DNA from: Pseudomonadota bacterium
Lineage (GTDB): Bacteria; Pseudomonadota; Gammaproteobacteria; Steroidobacterales; Steroidobacteraceae
NCBI GenBank assembly: GCA_031388915.1
Contig: JANMSB010000213.1
Span: 1-33,609, forward strand
Reading direction: 5' to 3'
DNA: 33,609 nucleotides
The translations under genes were made by a program, and so were the position numbers. This document shows, one piece after another, positions 8,336 to 14,878 of the stretch. The notes under the pieces are model-generated. The model had not been told where the DNA came from, ran no database searches, and was given only the letters and a program-made list of their open reading frames with translations. The stretch's first letter is position 1, and the number at the start of each line of letters is the position of its first letter.

Positions 8336-9211
8336 TTAACGCTTGGCTGAGGCGCCGGCCTCGACCGAGCTGGAGCCACTGGCTTTCACCTTGCCGTTCG
8401 ACTTCTTCACGTTGGCGCTGTTGTTGGTTGACGCATCAGACTCCATATCGAACGCGCCGGCTTCCTGCATCTTGGAGTTGGTCGCTGTACCTTGCTGTGC
8501 GCTGGCGCCGGAGCGGTTGGCGCTGACCGAACCTACCTGATTGGTTGTCTGCTGCATTGAAGCCGTCGGCGTGGCTACTGCACTGCTTGCAGCAGTCTCG
8601 CTGGCACCAGCAACCGATGCACGATTGTTGGCAGCCGCATTGGTCGCGGCAGAACTCGTGCCCGATGCGGTGTCCGTTGCACGAGCTTGAGCAGATTGCG
8701 CGGCGCCCTTTGCACTGGAGGTGACGTTGTGCGCAGCATCGACTGACGTCGCAGCGGCCACATCGGCAGTCGCCTTGGCTTGGGCAGTCGTGTCGAGGGC
8801 CTTGTCCTTGGCAACTACGGCGGTCGCTTCACCGGTGCTCTTTGCTTGCAGCGAAGTTGCTACCGCGGCGTTCTTCGCCGTCGCTGCGGCGGACTCAGTC
8901 GTGCTCTTGGTTGCATCCACTTTGGACTTGGCCGCATCAGCCGTGTGATCAACACGCGACTTGGTACGCGAACCTGCGCCATTCACGGTATCCATCGCGC
9001 CACGACCATCAACGCCGAGGTTGCCACCCACGCTGCCGCCCAGACTGCCGTTACCTGCGCCGCCAATCATGCCGCGGCTGCCGGAAAGACCGCCGCCGGC
9101 TGCGCCATTCAGCGCGCCATTGGCACCACCCACCAACTGTGCGTTAGCAATCGAGGTCAGGCTCATGGCCGCCACCAGAATCGAACCGGCAAATAAATGT
9201 TGAGTCTTCAT
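8336..9211 (-). CDS. secreted Gly- then Ala/Ser/Thr/Lys-rich low-complexity protein (hypothetical)
   Basis: 291-aa ORF with AGGAG 7 nt before the ATG and a signal peptide MKTQHLFAGSILVAAMSLTSIANA/QL. The mature part has no Trp, Tyr or Cys and a single Phe. A Gly-rich head (GGANGALNGAAGGGLSGSRGMIGGAGNGSLGG) is followed by AK/AT-rich segments such as AKSKVDATKSTTESAAATAKNAAVATSLQAKSTGEATAVVAKDKALDTTAQAKATADVAAA. Confidence 0.6.
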   Translation of the reverse strand: MKTQHLFAGSILVAAMSLTSIANAQLVGGANGALNGAAGGGLSGSRGMIGGAGNGSLGGSVGGNLGVDGRGAMDTVNGAGSRTKSRVDHTADAAKSKVDATKSTTESAAATAKNAAVATSLQAKSTGEATAVVAKDKALDTTAQAKATADVAAATSVDAAHNVTSSAKGAAQSAQARATDTASGTSSAATNAAANNRASVAGASETAASSAVATPTASMQQTTNQVGSVSANRSGASAQQGTATNSKMQEAGAFDMESDASTNNSANVKKSNGKVKASGSSSVEAGASAKR

Positions 9212-9260
9212 GTTGGTACTCCTGCAATTGGCTGCAGCCTTTCCGCAACCTTTGTAAGTA

Positions 9261-9287
9261 ATACGAACCGACTTGAAGATTTCTTCC
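9261..9287 (-). promoter_or_regulatory. ECF-type promoter-like motif upstream of the low-complexity protein gene
   Basis: The minus strand reads GGAAG-N17-CGTATTACTT. The -10-like 10-mer CGTATTACTT is identical to the one upstream of the S8 peptidase gene. It lies about 50 nt upstream of the ATG at 9211. Confidence 0.45.
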
Positions 9288-9353
9288 CTGCCGCCGAAAT
9301 TCTTTTTAGTAATTATGTCAACGGCCCGGCTGCCGGCTTACAGCCGCCATTTT

Positions 9354-10790
9354 TCAACGATGTGTGTTCGAACCTGTCTTATTGTCGGACACGACTGACA
9401 GCGATATGCGCAACGTTTCACCCACTACGCCATAGCCATACTGCTTATCAGGTCCTTTGGAACCGAGATCGCGAGCGCTATTGATCACCTCGACCCGCGC
9501 GGCAGTGGCGGCATCCGGTTGTGGCTGATTGATATGCATAGCCAACAAGCCTGCAACCAACGGCGCGGCGAATGAAGTACCGCGCACGTTAACGAATTCG
9601 CCCTGCAAGGTTGCCGCAGCCATATCAGCGCCGGGTGCGGCGAGCGTCACTTGCTTACCGCGCCCTGCTTCCACCAATACTCGATCACGCGCATCCACGG
9701 CGGTGACGCCAATCACGCGCGGATAGGACGCGGGATATAACGGCGGCGCAGCAGGACCATCATTACCCACGGCGGCAACGATCAAGTGACCGCGTGCAAT
9801 CAGGCTAGCCACCAGTTGTTTGAGCAAGGCATTGTCCGGCCCCACCAAGCTCACATTAATAACTGGCACCCGCTGCTGCGCCAGCCACGCCATGGCGCTG
9901 GCGATGCGTGTCGTCGCGCCGCCGACCGGCTGCCCGCAGTAGACATCGGCCGCATACAACTGCGCGCCCGGCGCTGCGCCGCTGAAGCGCTCGCTCTGAC
10001 CGACCAGCAACGATGCGACGGCCGTGCCATGCGCACTGGGAATGGTTTGTCTATCGCAGCCCCAACCAAGAATGCGGCTATTGCGAAACACCGGATGCGA
10101 TATATCGACGCCACCGTCGATTAACCCCACACGAGTTTTGGGATACCTTGCTGTGGTTGTGGCATTAACAGCCGCCGATGGCAGCGGCACAACATTGCTC
10201 GCAGCGCTTTGCGTATACACATGGTTGTAGTCATAGTCGCCGTTGCGATCCAGCGTGCGCAGACGCTGTAGTGCTCGGCGTGCAGTCATGCCTTGCGGCG
10301 CCAGCAAGGTCACCATACGAATGCCCAACTCCTCCATCGATTGGTCTTGTACAACGGTAAAGCCTATAGCGATGGCGGCCTGCAAACTCTGCGGCGTAGG
10401 CGACAACGACACCACCTGACTGCGCAGTACCGGCGCGCCATTGGCATCAGTTTCTAACGTATCGGGATTGGCGCGCAGTAAGGCGCGTATGCGCGCTGCC
10501 CGCAGCAGACGCTCGGACTGCGAATCCAGCTCGCTGGCGGCATCCACTACGATGGCGTCGAGTTGCCGCGTGATGGCGTTGGCGCCGGTATTGGTGGCGG
10601 TATTAGTGGCGGTATTAGTGGGCACTTGCGGCAACTGCACGTTGGGGGTGGTAGGCGCCGGCAAAGTGGGCAGCGCCAACTGCGCCTGCGCCCCCGGTGC
10701 CGACAGCAACGTCGCCAACCAACCGACACAGGCCCAGGACATCCGCCATGGGACACGTCTTTGCCGGTGAATGTCGGGTTGGTTGCTCAT
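9354..10790 (-). CDS. S8-family (subtilisin-like) serine peptidase, secreted
   Basis: 478-aa ORF with the catalytic triad in D-H-S order: GLIDGGVD, HGTAVASLLVG, GTSFAAPLVAG. The N-terminal signal has a basic n-region (HRQRRVPWR) and an AQA cleavage-like site. Confidence 0.85.
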   Translation of the reverse strand: MSNQPDIHRQRRVPWRMSWACVGWLATLLSAPGAQAQLALPTLPAPTTPNVQLPQVPTNTATNTATNTGANAITRQLDAIVVDAASELDSQSERLLRAARIRALLRANPDTLETDANGAPVLRSQVVSLSPTPQSLQAAIAIGFTVVQDQSMEELGIRMVTLLAPQGMTARRALQRLRTLDRNGDYDYNHVYTQSAASNVVPLPSAAVNATTTARYPKTRVGLIDGGVDISHPVFRNSRILGWGCDRQTIPSAHGTAVASLLVGQSERFSGAAPGAQLYAADVYCGQPVGGATTRIASAMAWLAQQRVPVINVSLVGPDNALLKQLVASLIARGHLIVAAVGNDGPAAPPLYPASYPRVIGVTAVDARDRVLVEAGRGKQVTLAAPGADMAAATLQGEFVNVRGTSFAAPLVAGLLAMHINQPQPDAATAARVEVINSARDLGSKGPDKQYGYGVVGETLRISLSVVSDNKTGSNTHR

Positions 10791-10797
10791 AAAAGTA

Positions 10798-10824
10798 ATA
10801 CGTTGCGCATGGCGGTTTTAATCC
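10798..10824 (-). promoter_or_regulatory. ECF-type promoter-like motif upstream of the S8 peptidase gene
   Basis: The minus strand reads CCAGGATTAAAACCGCCATGCGCAACGTATTACTT, that is GGATT-N17-CGTAT. The -10-like element ends 7 nt before the ATG at 10790. Confidence 0.45.
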
Positions 10825-10914
10825 TGGCTCAAATGCTAGCATTCGGACTCGTGGTGTCGGCACCGAAACACAATACGCTGCCGCCAACAAACAATAATTT
10901 ATTTGAAGCGGCCT

Positions 10915-10941
10915 GGAATAAACCGACCTGGCCCGTCGTAT
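10915..10941 (+). promoter_or_regulatory. ECF-type promoter-like motif upstream of the sigma factor gene (putative autoregulation)
   Basis: The plus strand reads CCTGGAATAAACCGACCTGGCCCGTCGTATAC, that is GGAAT-N17-CGTAT. It matches 20 of 32 positions in an ungapped alignment with the divergent S8 motif, with matches concentrated in the -35-like and -10-like blocks. Confidence 0.45.
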
Positions 10942-10955
10942 ACAGTTTAAGAGCC

Positions 10956-11453
10956 ATGAGCGAAGCATTCGAAAGCATTCGAGTTCAACTCATTGAGTTG
11001 CTGCCCCGGCTGCGGCGTTTTGCCCGCAATTTGGCTCGACAGCCTGATGACGCCGACGACATCGTGCAAATTGCATTGGAGCGCGCCCTGTCGCGCTGCG
11101 AACAATGGGATGCCAGCTCGCGTCTGGATAGCTGGATGTTCGGCATCATCCGCAATGCGTGGATCGATGAAGTGCGCAGCCGGCAGCGACGCGGCCCGCA
11201 TCTGGACGTGAACGAGATGAGTGAAACGATCGCCGATAGTCACGCTGCGATGGAGATTGAAATGATGTCCGTGCAAGCCGCCATGGCCCAGTTGCCCGAA
11301 GAACAGCGCACCGCTGTCAGCTTGGTGCTGGTGGAAGGGCTGTCTTACAAAGAAGCCGCGCAGGTGATGGAGATTCCCATCGGCACATTGACCAGTCGCT
11401 TGGCGCGCGGCCGAGAGGCGTTGCAGGCGTTGCTCGGAGGTAAGTCGTCATGA
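10956..11453 (+). CDS. ECF-family RNA polymerase sigma-70 factor
   Basis: The ORF track starts at 10563, but that extension is antisense to the S8 gene. The ATG at 10956 gives a 165-aa protein. It has region 2 (DDADDIVQIALERAL, WMFGIIRNAWIDEVR) and a region 4 HTH (EQRTAVSLVLVEGLSYKEAAQVMEIPIGTLTSRLARGREAL). Confidence 0.85.
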   Translation: MSEAFESIRVQLIELLPRLRRFARNLARQPDDADDIVQIALERALSRCEQWDASSRLDSWMFGIIRNAWIDEVRSRQRRGPHLDVNEMSETIADSHAAMEIEMMSVQAAMAQLPEEQRTAVSLVLVEGLSYKEAAQVMEIPIGTLTSRLARGREALQALLGGKSS

Positions 11454-12208
11454 GTACCGACATCAACATCACCGATGAAGTGCTGATGGCCTATGCAGAT
11501 GGCGAACTGGATGTCGCACAAGCAGCGCGTGTAGAACAAGCGATGCAGCAGGATGCCAGCGTTGCCGCGCGGGTTGCCCAGCACCGAGCCTTACGCGCGC
11601 AATTGCAAAACGGTTTATCCGGCTTGCTATCCGAGCCTGTCCCGACACGCTTGCTGAGCATGCTGCAAGCGCGCCCCGCTACAAACAGCGCCGCCGATAA
11701 AGTGGTGGATCTCGCTCAAGCGCGTCAGCAGAAGGCGGCGCCTGCGCGTCACTGGCATAGCCGCGAGTGGTTCGCGCTGGCGGCATCGTTAATCGCGGGC
11801 GTCGTGATCGGTATGTATGCGCTAAGTTTCAATTCAAGCGGATTGATCGCGACGCGCGATGGTTCGCTGCTGGCGCAGGGAGAGCTTGCCAATGCACTGA
11901 CCACACAATTAGCCAGCTCCACGGCGGCAGATTCGTCGGTACATATCGGCATCAGCTTTCGTGATCGCGAGGGTAACTATTGCCGCAGCTTTGCCATCCA
12001 AGGCAGCTCGCTAGCCGGCCTGGCCTGTCACGAGCACAACAACTGGCGCGTGCAGATGCTGACCGAGGCGAAAACTCAAGCGGGTGAATTCCGGCAAGCC
12101 GGCTCGGCGACGCCGCCTGCAGTACTGGCTCTCATCGAGCAACAGATTGACGGAGAACCGCTCGATACCGATATGGAAACGGCGGCATTACGCGAGGGAT
12201 GGCAGTAG
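11450..12208 (+). CDS. membrane-spanning anti-sigma factor
   Basis: The ATGA start/stop overlap with the sigma gene implies translational coupling. The N-terminus is anti-sigma-domain-like (ITDEVLMAYADGELD...), but I see no H-x3-C-x2-C zinc ligands. One TM helix (WFALAASLIAGVVIGMYAL) precedes a ~125-aa periplasmic domain with two Cys (NYCRSF, LACHEH). Confidence 0.75.
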   Translation: MSTDINITDEVLMAYADGELDVAQAARVEQAMQQDASVAARVAQHRALRAQLQNGLSGLLSEPVPTRLLSMLQARPATNSAADKVVDLAQARQQKAAPARHWHSREWFALAASLIAGVVIGMYALSFNSSGLIATRDGSLLAQGELANALTTQLASSTAADSSVHIGISFRDREGNYCRSFAIQGSSLAGLACHEHNNWRVQMLTEAKTQAGEFRQAGSATPPAVLALIEQQIDGEPLDTDMETAALREGWQ

Positions 12209-12226
12209 AGATAGCCACATACTTGG

Positions 12227-13591
12227 CTACTCAACCCGCAACTCCAACTGCGCACCTTTGTCGTCAATGGTGTGCATGATCACTGGCCGGCGCCAGACAC
12301 GATGGATGTATTGCAACACTTTCTTGCCGCGCTCGACATCCAAGCCACGACCATCGGTTTGATGGTCGTGCTTCAACTCCAACGTGCCGTCGACGCGAAT
12401 ATGCGAGGCCGCAATGGAGGGCGCGCCGAAGTTGTACTTGGGTGCGAGCAGCGCCTCGTGCAAGTCGCTTAACTTGGCGTCTTTGACCACCACGCGGCCA
12501 TTGGACTCGGCATTGAATTTGAATAAATTGAGTTCATCCGCCAGGTTTTCATCCAGATAGTTGCGCACAAAGCTGAAATCATCGTCTTGCTGCATGATGT
12601 TGCGCGCCGCTTCGATGCCGTCTTGCTCGATGATTTTTTCCCACATGGTAAATCCCAGGTGGTAGGGATTGATGGACAACGCAATGTGCTCATCGGATGC
12701 ATACGGGCGTACCACATCGGAATGGCACTTAATGGCATCCAAGTAAGCGGCTTGCGGCATGAAGTCCGCCTCACGTAACAAGCGGGCGTGCCAGTACGAC
12801 GCCCAGCCTTCATTCATGATTTGCGTAGCAAACACCGGATAGAAGTAGAACGACTCCTCGCGCACTGCCAGGAAAATATCTCGCTCCCAGCCTTCCAGCT
12901 CCGGTGCGTACTGCGCGATGAACCACAGCAAGTCTTTTTCCAGATGCGGTGGAATCGGCGCGCGCTGGCGCGGCACTGCCGCCGTTTGCGCTGCCAGTTC
13001 TGGGTCCAGTGCAGCGAAACGTTTGGCAAACTCACCATCGCGGTGCAGGGGCTTGGCGGACAGGTATTCCGGATATTTCTCGCGCCGCAGCCGATGATTG
13101 GTGTCGATGTGCTGCTCCAATGCCAGTGCGGCATCTAGCACGACTTCGACGCGCGCGGCGCCGTATTCTTCGATAGCGCGACCAATTTGCCGGGCATGGT
13201 TGGCAGCGTGTTCGACAATGTGTTCGCTGATCTGCGACTGGGCGCGATTGAACAACAAGTTATTGCGCGAGAAGTCGGCGTGACCCAACACATGGGCGGT
13301 CACCAACACGTTCTCGGCCAGACTATTGTTTTGCGCCAGGTAGGCGTGGCCGGGATTACCCGGGAACACCACCTCGAACAAACGCGAGTTGCCCATCTGG
13401 TGTTGGATCAGTTGATAAATATAACGCACGCCGAACGACCAATGCGGCATACGCACCGGCAAGCCATACACCGAAATCTCCATCATGAAGCTTTGCGGCA
13501 CGGCCTCGAAGTCGACTGGATTGAAACTCAGCCCCAGCGAGGTGGCCAGCTTTTCGACCTTCGGCAGATAATCACGCCATTCGCTACTCAT
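12227..13591 (-). CDS. ycgB: SpoVR/YcgB-family protein
   Basis: 454 aa. The N-terminus (LPKVEKLATSLGLSFNPVDFEAVPQSFMMEISVYGLPVRMPHWSFG) and the body (GNPGHAYLAQNN, HVLGHADF) are typical SpoVR. It is the third gene of the prkA-yeaH-spoVR triad. Confidence 0.85.
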   Translation of the reverse strand: MSSEWRDYLPKVEKLATSLGLSFNPVDFEAVPQSFMMEISVYGLPVRMPHWSFGVRYIYQLIQHQMGNSRLFEVVFPGNPGHAYLAQNNSLAENVLVTAHVLGHADFSRNNLLFNRAQSQISEHIVEHAANHARQIGRAIEEYGAARVEVVLDAALALEQHIDTNHRLRREKYPEYLSAKPLHRDGEFAKRFAALDPELAAQTAAVPRQRAPIPPHLEKDLLWFIAQYAPELEGWERDIFLAVREESFYFYPVFATQIMNEGWASYWHARLLREADFMPQAAYLDAIKCHSDVVRPYASDEHIALSINPYHLGFTMWEKIIEQDGIEAARNIMQQDDDFSFVRNYLDENLADELNLFKFNAESNGRVVVKDAKLSDLHEALLAPKYNFGAPSIAASHIRVDGTLELKHDHQTDGRGLDVERGKKVLQYIHRVWRRPVIMHTIDDKGAQLELRVE

Positions 13592-13615
13592 AGATCACTC
13601 GTATGTTGCAATCTC

Positions 13616-13683
13616 GTAGGGGCGGGTTTCAAACCCGCCTGCTTCGCCGCAAGACATAGGGTGGGTTTGAAGCCCACCCCTAC
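13616..13683. repeat. REP/BIME-like element: two inverted copies of a ~25-bp palindromic unit
   Basis: The left unit is GTAGGGGCGGGTTTCAAACCCGCC. The right unit, reverse-complemented, is GTAGGGGTGGGCTTCAAACCCACC. Differences between the copies fall in the stems (GCGGGTTT/AAACCCGC versus GTGGGCTT/AAACCCAC) and largely keep each hairpin intact. The element overlaps the yeaH stop codon. Confidence 0.7.
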
Positions 13684-14840
13684 GCCGCCTCCTGATGCTT
13701 GAAGAAATGCCGCACGGCATCCCAGATATTTTCCAACTGGGTGATGGCGAAGCTGCCCACTGCCTTGCCGCGCTCGGCATATTCGCGGAACAACAGACCC
13801 ACTTCGGTTTGCAGATTCTGCTGCGCATTCGAAGTGACTTCGAGATAGCCGCTGTAGTTGCATATCTCCGTCAACTCCTGCATGGCCACTTCGGCCGGCG
13901 CGCGATCCTCCGAGTAGTTGTCGCCGTCGGAGGCGTAAAACAAATAGATGTTGTAACGCGCGGGGCTGTAGCGTTCGGCAATAATCTCGCGCACCTTGTT
14001 GAGGCCGGTTGAAGTGACCGTGCCGCCGCTGCCGCTGACTTGGAAAAACTCTTCTTCGTTGAATTCCCAGGCTTCCGTGGTGTGCGCTACAAACACCGTA
14101 TCCAGGTGTCGGTACTGACGCTTCAAACCTTGCGTTGCCCAGAAGAAAAAGGTTTTTGCGAGCTTGCGATCGGCATCGCTCATGCTGCCCGACACATCCA
14201 TCAGGAAGAACACCACGGCCTGTATGGATGGTTGTTCGCGTTGATTCAATTGCCGGAAGCGCAGGTCATCGTCGGTAAAGTTTGGCCCATTGGTCTGAAT
14301 AGCGCGCCGCTTCACCGACTCGCGCAACGAACGCCGTCGATCCAGACGTGAGCGTGCGCCCTTACGATCCCAACCTTCCCGCTGCCAGTCGGTGGATTCG
14401 GACTTGCCGACACGCGCCTTGAGATTCGGCAATTCCATTTCATCCCACAGCCAGTCGACGATGTCATCGATCTTGAATTCCAGCGTGAATTCGATGCCGC
14501 CGCCATCATTGCCGCCCTGCCCCTTACCGGGTTGACCACCGCCCTGCGGCTGGCCTTGCGCCAACACATCACCCGGCTTGGCTTGTCCCTGGCCCACACC
14601 ATCACGTTGCTGTTGCTGATTCAACCGGAAGTGATAGTGCTCCAGCATCTTCACCGGCACTTTGACAGTGCGTGAACCACTGCCCATGACATCGGCGCCG
14701 GCAACTATCTCCGGCAGATGCTGACGCACCGCGTCGCGGACTTTTTCATTGTGTCGTAACCAATCCCTGGCGCCGCGCGAGAACAACTCGTACCAACCAT
14801 TAACATTGGATTTCGGAAGCAGGGAATCGTATTCGCTCAC
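13680..14840 (-). CDS. yeaH: YeaH/YhbH-family (DUF444) protein with vWA-like domain
   Basis: 386 aa. Contains WYELFSRGARDWLRHNEKVRDAVRQHLPEI, a Gly/Gln-rich linker, and a MIDAS-like FFLMDVSGSMS. It lies between prkA and spoVR. Confidence 0.85.
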   Translation of the reverse strand: MSEYDSLLPKSNVNGWYELFSRGARDWLRHNEKVRDAVRQHLPEIVAGADVMGSGSRTVKVPVKMLEHYHFRLNQQQQRDGVGQGQAKPGDVLAQGQPQGGGQPGKGQGGNDGGGIEFTLEFKIDDIVDWLWDEMELPNLKARVGKSESTDWQREGWDRKGARSRLDRRRSLRESVKRRAIQTNGPNFTDDDLRFRQLNQREQPSIQAVVFFLMDVSGSMSDADRKLAKTFFFWATQGLKRQYRHLDTVFVAHTTEAWEFNEEEFFQVSGSGGTVTSTGLNKVREIIAERYSPARYNIYLFYASDGDNYSEDRAPAEVAMQELTEICNYSGYLEVTSNAQQNLQTEVGLLFREYAERGKAVGSFAITQLENIWDAVRHFFKHQEAA

Positions 14841-14878
14841 CTCAACCTCCTGGCGCAGGACACCTTCGTCCTTAGGGT

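Noticed and set aside
8343-9203. Cluster of plus- and minus-strand ORFs (65-138 aa) overlapping 8336..9211.
   Set aside because: The low-complexity GC-rich coding sequence lacks stops in most frames. Only the 291-aa minus-strand frame has an RBS, an ATG and a signal peptide.
10563-10955. N-terminal 131-aa extension of the sigma-factor ORF as given in the track.
   Set aside because: The extension is antisense to the S8 peptidase gene and is Gly/Arg-rich nonsense. Sigma region 2 starts right after the ATG at 10956, giving a normal ~165-aa ECF size.
12212-12229. 6-bp hairpin TAGCCA-n6-TGGCTA between the convergent anti-sigma and spoVR genes.
   Set aside because: The stem is too short and there is no U-tract. 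It overlaps the spoVR stop codon, so it is not reported as a terminator.
13588-13863. 91-aa and 77-aa minus-strand ORFs, and the tail of the 171-aa plus-strand ORF, all spanning the REP element.
   Set aside because: They run through the palindromic REP pair and the yeaH 3' end in the wrong frame, so they are artefacts.
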